A stretch of DNA of 45,102 nucleotides, from contig JBGAOA010000038.1 of the NCBI GenBank assembly GCA_044222065.1, forward strand, positions 1 to 45,102. The letters are read 5' to 3'. A program made the position numbers and the translations under genes. Under the pieces are notes generated by a model. The model was not told the DNA's origin, searched no databases, and saw nothing but the letters and a program-made list of their open reading frames with translations. This DNA is from Candidatus Eiseniibacteriota bacterium. Lineage in GTDB: Bacteria > Eisenbacteria > RBG-16-71-46. Positions 28,275 to 40,033 of the stretch are shown in pieces (position 1 is the stretch's first letter; every line of letters starts with the position of its first letter).

Positions 28275-31200
28275 ATGCGCGCTCCGCGCGTGCGTTCCGT
28301 GCGCCGCGCTGGCGCTCGCGGCCCTCGCCGCGGGCGCGGGCGACGCGCGCGCCGCCGCGATCGAGGCCGGCTGCGGCGCGGTGCTCGTCGCGCCGCGCGC
28401 GGGCCAGGTCGTGTACCCGCTCGGCCGCACGTTCCTGCGCGCGGGCTCCGATTCGGTCGTGGCGCGCGGCGTGCGCCTCGTGCGCGGACTCGACTACGTG
28501 CTCGATCCGCTGCGGGGCGAGCTGCGCCTGCTGCGGCCCCCCGAGTCTCTCGACACGCTGCGCGTGTTCGCGTGCGGGCTCGTCGCCTCGCCGCCGCTCG
28601 AAGTGGCGCGCGACCGCTACCGGCCGCCCTCGGCGGCGCCGCCCGAGACGGCGCGCGCCGCCGCGCCTTTGCCCGTTCGGCCCGGCCTCGTGCGCGGCGC
28701 CTCGACCGGCGCCTCGCTCAGCGTCACGGGCAACAAGACGCTCGCGATCGACTTCGGCTCCCAGCAGGACGCGTTCCTGCGCCAGTCGCTCGACCTCGCG
28801 GTGAGCGGCTCGCTCGCGCCGGGCGTCGAGCTCACGGGCGTGCTCACCGACCGCAACACGCCGCTCACGGCCGAGGGCAGCACGCAGTCGCTCCAGTCGC
28901 TCGACCGCGTGCTGATCGAGCTGAGCGCGCCGCAGGGGAGTGCTGCGCTCGGCGACGTGACGCTCGAATGGAAGGACGGCGACTTCGGGCGCATCGAGCG
29001 GCGGCTCCAGGGCGCGCGCGGGCAGTGGACGGCGGGCGGCTTCACCGCCGCCGCCGCCGCCGCGAGCGCGCAGGGCGAGTACCGGCGCGTGCAGTTCAAC
29101 GGGGTGGACGGACGCCAGGGCCCCTACGCGCTCACCGACGCGAGCGGCCGCACCGGTGTCGCCGTCGTGGCGGGCAGCGAGATCGTCACGCTCGACGGCC
29201 AGCGGCTCAAGCGCGGCGAGAACGCCGACTACGCGATGGACTACGACCGCGGCGAACTCACGTTCACGAACCGGCGCACGATTTCCTCCGCGAGCCGCAT
29301 CACCGTCGAGTACCAGTTCGCGCTCAACCGCTACCGGCGGAATCTCGCGGCCGCGGGCGGCGCGTGGGGCGCGGGCCCGGTGCGCGCGTTCACGCGCGTC
29401 ATCGCCGAGTCCGACGATCGCGGCCGCCCGCTCGACGTGACGTTCGACGCCTCGGACCGCGCGATCCTCGCCGCGGCCGGCGACTCGGCGACGCTCGCGC
29501 TCGGGGCCGGCGTCGTCGCGGGAGGCGGCGACTACGACACGGTGCGCACGTCCGGCACGCTCGTGTACGCGTTCGCGGGGCGCGACTCGGGCGAGTTCGC
29601 CGTGAACTTCGCGCGCGTCGGGGCGGGCCTCGGCGACTACGCCGACTCGGCGAGCGTCGGCGGGCGTGTCGTGTACCGCCACGTCGGCGACGGGCTCGGG
29701 GCGTTCCGGATCGGGAAGTCGCTGCCGCTCCCGGAATCGCACCTGCTGTGGACGCTCGGCGCCGAGGCCGGGCGCGGCCCGCTGCGCTTCTCGGCCGAGG
29801 GCGCGGTCTCGCGGCTCGACCGCAACACGCTCTCCGCGGTCGACGACGGCGACGATCTCGGCGGCGCGGCGCGCGTGTCGCTGGCCGCGTCCGGGCGCGT
29901 GCGCGGGCCGGTCGCGGGCGACGCCTCGCTCGCGCTGCTCGCGCGCACCGTGGGGAAGCGCTTCGAGCCGTTCGCGCGGCTCGAGTCGCCGTTCGCGCAG
30001 GAGTCGTGGGGGCTCCAGGGCACGACCGACTTCGAGCGCCAGGACCGCGCCGAGGCGCTCGCGACGTTCCGGCACGCGCGCGCGGGGGAGTGGCGGCTCG
30101 GCGCGGGCGCGCTGCGCACGCCGTCGGGCTACGACGCGACGCGGCGCACGTTCGACTGGAGCCGCACGGGACGGTTCGGCGGGCGCGTGCTCGGCGAGTG
30201 GGCGGACGGGACCGAAGCGGGGCGCGCGTTCGGCGAAGGCGGCCGGCGGCGCGCGCGCGCCGACTTCCGCTGGACGCTCGGCGCATTCGAGCCGCGGGTC
30301 GCGGCCGAGTCCGACGAGCGGCGCTTCCCCGGGGACACGGCCGAAGCCGGCGCGCGGGCGCGCGAGGCGTCGTTCGACCTCGGCTTCGCGAACGCGCGCG
30401 GCTGGCGGGCGTCGTCCGGGTGGCTCGTGCGCCGCGACGCGGCGCGCGCCGCGGGAGCGTTCCGCGACCGGCTCGAGTCGCGCGCGCTCCGCGCGTCGCT
30501 CGAGAGCCCGGCGGAATCGCGCGTCGGCGGCGCGCTGAGCTACCAGTCGCGCGAGGCCGAGACGCTCGCCGACGGTTCGCGCACGCGCAGCGACCTCGGC
30601 AGCGCGCGGCTGCGGGTCGAAGACCGGACGCGCGGACTGTCGGCGAACGCCGGCGTCGAGATCACGAGCGAGGGCGTCGTGCGGCGGCAGCGCGTGCTGA
30701 CGTTCGTCGGGGGCGGGCGCGGCGCGTACGACGCGCTCGGCAACTTCGTCGGCGTCGGCGACTACGACCTCGGCGTGACGGCCGGCGAGACGATCGACCG
30801 GCTGAGCCGGGCGGCGACGAGCGCGCGGTTCGCCTGGAGCTTCGGGTCGGGGGAGGCCTGGAAGGGCTCGCGGCTCGAGTTCGCTTACGAGACCGACGCG
30901 CGCCGGCGCGGCGACCTGCGCGCGTCCGACCCGCTCGTCTCGCCCGCGGTCGTGCGCGAGGACCTGGGGCTCGCGCGCGGCAGCCTCACGCAGCGCTTCG
31001 AGGGCGAACTCGCGCCCGGCGCGCGCGCGCTCGCGACCCGCTTCCGGCTCGAGCGCCGGCTCGCCTCCGACCGCGCGTTCGAGAACTTCTCGCAGGTGTC
31101 GGACGACCGCACGGGCTCGCTGCGCACCCGCGCGCGGCTCGGCCCCGCGGCGAGCGCGGAACTCGAGGGCCGGCTCCGCCGCCAGACCGCGGAGCAGCGG

Positions 31201-31617
31201 TTCGCGAGCACGGCCGCGTACGCGCGCACGATCGAAGATCGCGGCGGCTCCGGGCTGCTGTCGTGGACGCCGGGTCCGAAGCTGCGTGGCGCGTTCACGC
31301 TCGACCTCGGGTGGTCGCGGCCCGAAGGGCAGCCCGCCTTCACGCGCACGCTCAAGGTCGGCCCCGACCTCGGTGTCACGCTGCTCGAGCGCGGACGGCT
31401 CGACGTGACGGCGCGGCGCGCGTTCGTGAGCGGGCCGCCCGCGGTGGGACTGCTGCCGAGCGCGGATCCCGCCGGCGCGCCGGTGTGGGAAGGCACGGCG
31501 CGCTTCGACTACCGCGTGCGCGAGAGCACGACCGTGGGCCTGAGCCTCACGTCGCGCGAGTTCGCCGGCCGGCGCGCGCAGACGACCGGCCGGGCCGAAG
31601 TGAGGGCGTTCTTCTGA
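28275..31617 (+). CDS. Large outer-membrane protein (~1,110 aa) with SprA-like motifs; start ATG out of frame by an apparent indel
   Basis: Signal-peptide-like CAALALAALAAGAGDARA. SLSVTGNKTLAIDFGSQQDAFLRQSLDLAVSGSLAPGVELTGVLTDRNTP; GRQGPYAL...GSEIVTLDGQRLKRGENADYAMDYDRGELTF. Long amphipathic beta-rich C-terminal half ending AEVRAFF. ATG 28275 is one base off the main frame, within a GC dinucleotide run. Confidence 0.7.
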
Positions 31618-33344
31618 TGCGCCCGGCGATCCCGACGAACGCCGTGCGCCGCGCGCCGCGCGCGCTCGGGCTCGTGCTGCTCGGCGCGCTCGCGCTCGCG
31701 CCGGGCGCGGACGCGGCGGTGCTCCGCTACGAGGGGCGCGCGCTCGCCGAGCGCCAGGTCGAACCGTTGTTTCGCGCGGCGCTCGGGTCTCCCGGCGACA
31801 GCGTGCGGCTCAGGCGCGCGGCCGACGCGCTGCTCGAGCGGCTCCAGTCCGAGGGCCGGCTCGATGCGCGCGTGACCGCGGAGTGGCTCGGCGCGCGTTC
31901 CGAGACGCTCGCGGTCGCGGCCGACGACGGGCCGCTCTACCGCCTCGCCGCGATTCCGATCGCGAGCGCGAGCGCCGAGGACTCGGCGGCGTTCGGCCGC
32001 GCGCTCGAACTCGCACCGGGCGACGTCGCGTCGCCGTCGCGCGTCGCGCAGGCCATCGAGCGCGCGATGCGCCGCGTCGCGGACGACGCGCACCCGTACG
32101 CGACGCTGCAGATCACCGCGTGGGAGGCGGACAGCGGGCGCGTGACGCTGCGGCTCGGAGCGACCGCGGGTCCGCGCGTCACGGTCGGCGAGGTCGTGCT
32201 GCGCGGGCTCGTCGCGACCGACGAGCGCTTCGCGAAGCGCGCGATGGGCAAGCTCGAGGGCCTGCCGTACCGGCGCGCGGGCGCCGAGGCCGCGCGCGAC
32301 CGGCTCGCGCAGACCGGACTCTTCCGCTCGGTCGCGTGGGAAGGGCTCGAGGGCGAGGCCGACTGGAGCCGCGCGCGCCTCGTCTATCGCGTCGAGGAGC
32401 CGCGCTACAACCGCTTCGAGGGCGCCGTCGGCGTGCAGGGCGACGCCGGCACGGTCGGGCTCGCCGCGCTCGACCTCGACAACCTCGCCGGCACGGGCCG
32501 CGCGCTCGGACTCGGATGGCAGTCGCGCGGGCGCGACCGCACCGAGTTCCGCGCGCGCTACGCCGAACCGCTCGTGTTCGGCGCGCCGATCCGCCTCGCG
32601 GGGCACCTCGAGCAGTCGCTGCAGGATTCGACGTGGACGCGGACGCGCTGGGGCGGCGACGTCGAGTTCACGCTCTCGGCGGAAGAGCGGCTGTCGGCCG
32701 GCTACGAGGAGGAACGCGTCGTGCAGGAACGCGGGCCCGTCGAGGAGGCGCACCTCGCGAACACGACGTTCGCGCTCGTGCGCACGACGCTCGACGAGCC
32801 GCTCGCGCCGCGCCGCGGCACGCGCACGCGGCTCGCCGCGACGCAGGCGTTCAAGACCGAGCGCCTGCGGCCGTCCGCGCGCCGCAGCGCGCGCGCGAGC
32901 GCGGTCGAGGGATCGCTCGAAGCGCACCGGCCGCTCGGCCCCGCGAGCGGCGTGTCGCTCGCGCTCTCGGCCGCGGGGCGCTTCAGCTCGGAGCGCGTGC
33001 TGCCCGTGTTCGAGCGCTACCCCGTCGGCGGCGCGGCGAGCCTGCGCGGCTACGACGAAGAGGCGTTCCGCGCCGACCGCTTCGGCCTCTCGCGGCTCGA
33101 GTGGAGCCGCTTCCTCGGTGGCGAGGGAGCGCGCGCGTTCCTGTTCTGGGATCATGCGTGGATGGCGACGCGGCTCGAGCTTCCGGACGGCGGCGATCGC
33201 GCCGAAGTGCTGCATCGCGACGGCTACGGCTTCGGACTCCGGCTGCCGGCCGCGGGCGGCGCGATCGAACTGGACTACGGCCTCGAAGCGGGCCGCACGC
33301 CGCTCGACGGCAAGATCCACCTGAGGCTCGTGAGCGCCTTCTAG
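31617..33344 (+). CDS. Omp85 (BamA/TamA-family) outer-membrane protein with POTRA domains (575 aa)
   Basis: TGATG overlap; signal peptide. POTRA-like segments (VGEVVLRG...RDRLAQTGLFRSV...LVYRVEE); NLAGTGRAL; YAEPLVFG; PRRG; conserved loop motif GGAASLRGY; GYGFGLR; C-terminal Phe. Confidence 0.85.
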   Translation: MRPAIPTNAVRRAPRALGLVLLGALALAPGADAAVLRYEGRALAERQVEPLFRAALGSPGDSVRLRRAADALLERLQSEGRLDARVTAEWLGARSETLAVAADDGPLYRLAAIPIASASAEDSAAFGRALELAPGDVASPSRVAQAIERAMRRVADDAHPYATLQITAWEADSGRVTLRLGATAGPRVTVGEVVLRGLVATDERFAKRAMGKLEGLPYRRAGAEAARDRLAQTGLFRSVAWEGLEGEADWSRARLVYRVEEPRYNRFEGAVGVQGDAGTVGLAALDLDNLAGTGRALGLGWQSRGRDRTEFRARYAEPLVFGAPIRLAGHLEQSLQDSTWTRTRWGGDVEFTLSAEERLSAGYEEERVVQERGPVEEAHLANTTFALVRTTLDEPLAPRRGTRTRLAATQAFKTERLRPSARRSARASAVEGSLEAHRPLGPASGVSLALSAAGRFSSERVLPVFERYPVGGAASLRGYDEEAFRADRFGLSRLEWSRFLGGEGARAFLFWDHAWMATRLELPDGGDRAEVLHRDGYGFGLRLPAAGGAIELDYGLEAGRTPLDGKIHLRLVSAF

Positions 33345-33355
33345 AGGAGCGGGGG

Positions 33356-35440
33356 ATGTCGCTGGTCCGGGAGGTCGAGGAGGCGTTCGCGCCCGAGGGC
33401 CCGCTCGCGCGAGCGTGGCCGCGGTTCGAACCGCGCGAGGGGCAGCGCGCGCTCGCGCTCGACGTCGCGCGTGCACTCGAGCGCGGCGAGGTGCTCGTGG
33501 CCGAGGCGCCGACCGGGGTCGGAAAGTCGCTCGCCTACCTGCTGCCGTGCGTGCTGCACGCGCTCGCGACCGACCGGCGCATCGTCGTGGCGACCTGCAC
33601 GCGCTCGCTGCAGGACCAGCTGTTCGAGCGCGACGTGCCGACGCTGCTCGCCGCGCTCGGCGCGGCACTTCCGGTGGCGAGGCTCAAGGGCAAGCAGAAC
33701 TACGTCTGCCCGCGCGCGCTCGACCTGCTCGAGCCCGAGGGCGACGAAGAGGCGGACGCGGTGGACGCGCTGCGCGCGTGGGCCGCGCGCGACGCCGAGG
33801 GCGACCTCGACCGCTTCGAGGCGCCGGACGCCGAGGCGTTCCGACGGTTGCGCCCGCGCGTCGCGACCGACGCGCACGCGTGCGTCGCGGCGCAGTGCCG
33901 GCGGGGGCGCGAGTGCGCGTGGATGCGCGCGCGCCGGCTCGCCGCCGAGGCGCGGCTCGTGATCGTGAACCACGCGCTGCTCGCGCTCGCGGGCGAGGTC
34001 GAGGGGCTGCTGCCCGAGTTCGACGCGCTCGTCGTGGACGAGGCGCACCGGCTCGAGGGCGTGCTGCTCTCGCAGCTCCAGCGCACGCTGTCGCGCACGC
34101 GCTTCGAGGACGCGCTGCGCGCGGTCGGCACGGGGCGCCGCGGGGGCGGCGGCCTCGTCGCACGCTTCCGCGCGCTCGAGCTGCCGCTGCTCGCCGCGAA
34201 CGCCGCCGAGGGCGGCGAGCGCGAGGTCGTGGACGGGCTCGCGCTGCGCGTCCCCGCCGCGCGCGAGGACGTCGAGCGGTTCTTCGAACTCGTCGCGCCG
34301 CCCGCGGGCGGCGCCGGACCCTACGGCGTGCGCGCGCGCTACCAGGGAACCGCCCAGCTGGTCGGGCAGGACCTGGACCGCATCGAGACGCTGCTCGTCC
34401 ACTGCGCGCGCTTCGCCCGCGACCTGCGCCGGCTCGCCGCGCGCCTCGAGGGGCTCGGCGAGCGTCACGCGGAGCTCGCCGCCGAGACCGAGCAGGTCGC
34501 CGGACGCTTCGCGGGACTCGGCGACGACCTCGAAGTGCTCGGCGACGCGTCGGATCGCGACTGGGTCTTCTGGCGGAGCGCGGGCGGGCGCGGCACCGAG
34601 TTGTCCGGCATGCCCATCACCGCGGCCGAGCACGCGCGGGCGAAGGTGTTCGCGCGCGCGCGCGCGACGGTGCTCGCCTCCGCGACGCTCGCGAGCGGCG
34701 GCCGCTTCGAGTTCGTCGCCGAGCGGCTCGGTCTCGGCGAGGAGCGCGGCGTGCCGTACGTGAGCGGTCTCTACCCGACGCCGTTCCCGCTCGAGCGGCA
34801 GGTGCGCGCGTTCGTCCACGACGGCGGCGCCGACGAGGCGGCCGCGGTCGCGAACGTGGTCGCCTCGCTCGCGCGCGCGAGCGGGCGCAACCTGCTTGCA
34901 CTGTTCACCGCGCACGAGCGCCTGCGGCGCGCGCGCGAGCGCCTGCGCGCACTCCTGCCGGCGGGCGTGCCGCTGTTCGCGCAGGAGTGGGACGGGCCCG
35001 CGGGGCTGCTCGCCGAACGCTTCCGTCGCGAACGCGGCGCGATCTTGCTCGGCGTCCAAAGCCTGTGGGAAGGTGTCGACTTTCCGGGTGAATCACTGGA
35101 GATCCTCGTCGTGGCGAAGCTGCCGTTCTCGGTGCCGGACGATCCGCTCGTGGAAGCGCGCGGCGAGCGACTGCGGGATCGCGGGCTCGAACCGTTCAAG
35201 GACGACGCGGTTCCGGAGGCCGTGCTGCGCTTCCGGCAGGGCGTGGGGCGGCTGATCCGCCGCGCCGACGACCGCGGCGTGCTCGTCGTGTGCGATCCGC
35301 GACTCGAGCGCGCGAGCTACCGGCGGCCGTTCCTCGAGGCGCTGCCGGTCGCGCCCGTGCGCAGGGACGACGCGGCGGCGCTCGCCGCCGAGGCCGAGCG
35401 CTTCCTCGCCTCGGGTGCTCCGGCGGGGGAGCGCGCGTGA
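33356..35440 (+). CDS. dinG: DinG/YoaA-family ATP-dependent Fe-S DNA helicase (694 aa)
   Basis: Q motif FEPREGQ; Walker A EAPTGVGKS; LKGKQNYVC with downstream C-x4-C-x5-C; VNHALL; DEAH; SATL; WEGVDFPG; FRQGVGRLIR. GAGGAG RBS. Confidence 0.9.
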   Translation: MSLVREVEEAFAPEGPLARAWPRFEPREGQRALALDVARALERGEVLVAEAPTGVGKSLAYLLPCVLHALATDRRIVVATCTRSLQDQLFERDVPTLLAALGAALPVARLKGKQNYVCPRALDLLEPEGDEEADAVDALRAWAARDAEGDLDRFEAPDAEAFRRLRPRVATDAHACVAAQCRRGRECAWMRARRLAAEARLVIVNHALLALAGEVEGLLPEFDALVVDEAHRLEGVLLSQLQRTLSRTRFEDALRAVGTGRRGGGGLVARFRALELPLLAANAAEGGEREVVDGLALRVPAAREDVERFFELVAPPAGGAGPYGVRARYQGTAQLVGQDLDRIETLLVHCARFARDLRRLAARLEGLGERHAELAAETEQVAGRFAGLGDDLEVLGDASDRDWVFWRSAGGRGTELSGMPITAAEHARAKVFARARATVLASATLASGGRFEFVAERLGLGEERGVPYVSGLYPTPFPLERQVRAFVHDGGADEAAAVANVVASLARASGRNLLALFTAHERLRRARERLRALLPAGVPLFAQEWDGPAGLLAERFRRERGAILLGVQSLWEGVDFPGESLEILVVAKLPFSVPDDPLVEARGERLRDRGLEPFKDDAVPEAVLRFRQGVGRLIRRADDRGVLVVCDPRLERASYRRPFLEALPVAPVRRDDAAALAAEAERFLASGAPAGERA

Positions 35441-36959
35441 TCGTCCTCGGCGACCGCCCGCTCGCGCTGCACGACGTCGCCGCGGTCGCGCGCGACGGTG
35501 CAGGTGACGCTCGCGCCGGACGCGCGCACCCGGCTACGTGCGAGCCGCAAGGTGTCGACGCGCGGTGCGCGAAGGGCGCGTGGTGTGCAGCGTGACGACC
35601 GGATTCGGCGAGCTCAAGGACCGCCGCATCCCCGCCGCCGACGTGCGCGCGCTGCAGCTCAACCTGCTGCGCTCGCACCAGGCCGGCGTCGGCCGCTTCG
35701 CGCCGCGCGACGTCGTGCGCGCGATGCTGCTGCTGCGCGCGGCCTCGCTCGCGCAGGGCGCGTCGGGCGCCCGGCCCGAAGTCGTCGAGGCGCTGCTCGC
35801 ACTGCTCGACCGCGACGTCGTGCCGCAGATCCCGGTGCAGGGTTCGGTCGGCGCGTCGGGCGACCTCGCGCCGCTCGCGCACCTCGCGGGCGTGCTCGTC
35901 GGCGAGGGCGAGGCGTGGGCCGCGGGCCAGCCCATGCCGGCCTCGATGGCGCTGCGCGCCGCCGGGCTCCAGCCGCTCGAACTCGAGGCGAAGGAAGGAC
36001 TCGCGCTCATCAACGGCACGCAGTTCTCGACCGCGTGGGCGGCGCTCGCGACCGTGGACGCGGTGCGCGTCTGGGAGTCCGGGGTCGCGGCGGCGGCGCT
36101 CTCGACCGAAGTGCTGCTCGGCTCGCTCGCCCCGGCGCGCGAGGACGTGCACGCGCTGCGGCCCTATCCCGGTGCGCAGGAAGCCGCGCGCCGGCTGCGC
36201 GCCTACGCGGCCGACAGTGCGCTCGTCGCCTCGCACGCGAACTGCGGGCGCGTGCAGGACGCCTACAGCCTGCGGTGCGTGCCGCAGGTGATGGGCGCGT
36301 CGTGGGACGCGCTGCAGCACGTCGGCGACCAGCTCACGATCGAGATCAACTCGGTGAACGACAATCCGCTCGTGCTCGCCGAGAGCGGCGAGACGATCTC
36401 GGCGTGGACTGCTGGACGCGCGCGTTCCACGCGCAGCCGTCGCGCTCGTCGCCGACTACCTGAAGCTCGCGGCCGCCGAGATCGCGTCGCTGAGCGAGCG
36501 GCGCATCGACCGGCTCCTGGACCGGCGCGTGAGTGAACTGCCGGCCGTGCTCGCGAACGATCCCGGCGTCGAGTCGGGCTACATGATCGCGCAGTACACG
36601 GCCGCCGCCCTCGTGTCGGAGAACAAGACGCTCGCGCATCCGGCGAGCGTCGACTCGATCCCGACGGGCGCCGGCATCGAGGACCACGTCAGCATGGCGC
36701 CGATCGCGGCGCGCCATGCGCGCCAGATCGTGGACAACGCCGCGCACGTCGTCGCGATGGAACTCCTGTGCGCCTGCCGCGCGCTCGAGTTCCGCCGCCC
36801 GCTCACGGCCGGACTCGGATCCGAACGCCTCTACGGCGCGATCCGCCGGCTCGTGCCGGCGCCGGAAGGCGACCGGCCGCTGTCCAAGGACTGCGAGGCC
36901 GTCGCGCGCTGGGTGCTGTCGGCCGCGCCGGAACGTCTCGCCGAGGAGGTGCTCGTCCC

Positions 36960-36963
<4 letters not shown>
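35437..36963 (+). CDS. hutH: Histidine ammonia-lyase, with at least 4 frameshifts in two short garbled patches (probable sequencing errors)
   Basis: GTGA overlap with din[18 protein letters not shown]-forming GASGDL (ASG 35853-35861), [49 protein letters not shown] and EDHVSM. Frames switch near 35499, 35560, 36405 and 36439. The net span of 509 codons is a normal HutH length. Confidence 0.9.
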
Positions 36964-38630
<1,667 letters not shown>

Positions 38631-38635
38631 GGGCG

Positions 38636-39931
38636 ATGTCGCTGCTCGATCCGCGCGATCCGTCGGTCAAGTCCGTGCAGGGGCGCACGTCGTACCTGAT
38701 CGTGCACAACACGTCCGAGGTCGTGACGCCGGACCTCGAAGGCCGCTCGATCCTGCGCTATCCGCGCGGCGCGATCGTGTTCCGCGACGGCCGCGTGCTC
38801 GAGGTCGGGCCCGCGAACGAGCTGTTCGCGCGCCACAAGGACGCGCGCCCGCTGAACGCGAACGGGCGGCTCGTCACGCCGGGGCTCGTGGACTGTCACA
38901 CGCACATGATCTTCGGCGGTCACCGCGCGAGCGAGTACCACCGCCGGCTCAAGGGCGAGAGCTACGCCGACATCGCCGCCTCGGGCGGCGGCATCCGCTC
39001 GACCGTGGGCGCGACGCTCGAGCAGCGCGACGACGCGCTCGAGAAGACGCTCGCGAACCGGCTCGAACGCTGGCGCGCGAACGGCTGCACCGTCGTCGAG
39101 GTGAAGAGCGGCTACGGCCTCACGCCGAACGCGGAAGTGCGGCTGCTCGAACTGATGCGCGGCGCGGCCCAGCGCGTGCCCGTGCGCGTCCATCGCACCG
39201 CGCTGCTGCTCCACGCGCTGCCCGAGTCGTTCCAGGGGCGTCGCGAGGCGCTCGTCCAGGAACTGTGCGAGCGCACGCTGCCCGAGGTGAAGCGGCGCGA
39301 ACTCGCGAGCGCCGTGGACGTGTTCTGCGACCCGGTCGCGTTCACGGTCGAGGAGTGCCGGACGCTGCTCGCGTGCGCGAAGTCGCACGGCTTCGCCGTG
39401 AAGCTCCACGCCGACCAGACCGCGCGCTCGGGCGGCGCGGCGCTCGCCGCCGAACTCGGCGCGACGTCCGCGGACCACCTCGAGTGCGCGAACGAATCCG
39501 ACTGGAAGGCGCTCGGGGACGCCGGCGTCGTCGGCGTGCTGCTGCCGGCCGCGGCGCTCACGCTGCGCCAGCACCTGCCCGACGCGGCGATGCTCCGGAA
39601 GAGCGGCGCGCGCGTCGCGATCGCGACCGACTTCAACCCCGGCACGGCGCCGGCCCAGTCGCTGCTCGAATGCGCGGCACTCGCCTCGCGGCTCTGCGGT
39701 TTCGACGCCGAGGAGACGCTGCTCGCGATCACGTGGAACGCGGCGAAGGCGCTCGGCGTCGAGGCCGAGTGCGGCCACCTGAACGCCGGCGCGAACGGCG
39801 ATGCCGTCGTGTGGGAGTGCGAGTCGCTCGAGGAACTGCCGTACTGGATGCCTTCCGTGCGGCCCGACACGGTGTTCATGCGCGGCGCCGACCTCGCGCT
39901 CCCGACGATCGAACGGCGCGTGTGGCCGTAG
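38636..39931 (+). CDS. hutI: Imidazolonepropionase (431 aa)
   Basis: TPGLVDCHTH, GGGIRSTV, EVKSGYG, VDVFC, KLHADQ, SADHL and ATDFNPG. Confidence 0.95.
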   Translation: MSLLDPRDPSVKSVQGRTSYLIVHNTSEVVTPDLEGRSILRYPRGAIVFRDGRVLEVGPANELFARHKDARPLNANGRLVTPGLVDCHTHMIFGGHRASEYHRRLKGESYADIAASGGGIRSTVGATLEQRDDALEKTLANRLERWRANGCTVVEVKSGYGLTPNAEVRLLELMRGAAQRVPVRVHRTALLLHALPESFQGRREALVQELCERTLPEVKRRELASAVDVFCDPVAFTVEECRTLLACAKSHGFAVKLHADQTARSGGAALAAELGATSADHLECANESDWKALGDAGVVGVLLPAAALTLRQHLPDAAMLRKSGARVAIATDFNPGTAPAQSLLECAALASRLCGFDAEETLLAITWNAAKALGVEAECGHLNAGANGDAVVWECESLEELPYWMPSVRPDTVFMRGADLALPTIERRVWP

Positions 39932-39953
39932 AGGGCCGCGCGGCGCCGCGGCG

Positions 39954-39983
39954 TTGTCCGCCGTCCCGCCGAGCCGCTAGCAT
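39954..39983 (+). promoter_or_regulatory. Possible internal promoter for ftcD
   Basis: TTGTCC-N18-TAGCAT in the hutI-ftcD gap. Confidence 0.3.
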
Positions 39984-40033
39984 CCCGCCGCGATCTCGCT
40001 CGACGACCGACCTCTTTCCGGAGTGATCCCCGC

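Noticed and set aside
35490..36445. Programmed ribosomal frameshifting or phase variation in hutH or the NHL gene
   Set aside because: There are several shifts mixed with substitutions and no slippery sequence or simple-sequence tract. Sequencing error is more parsimonious.
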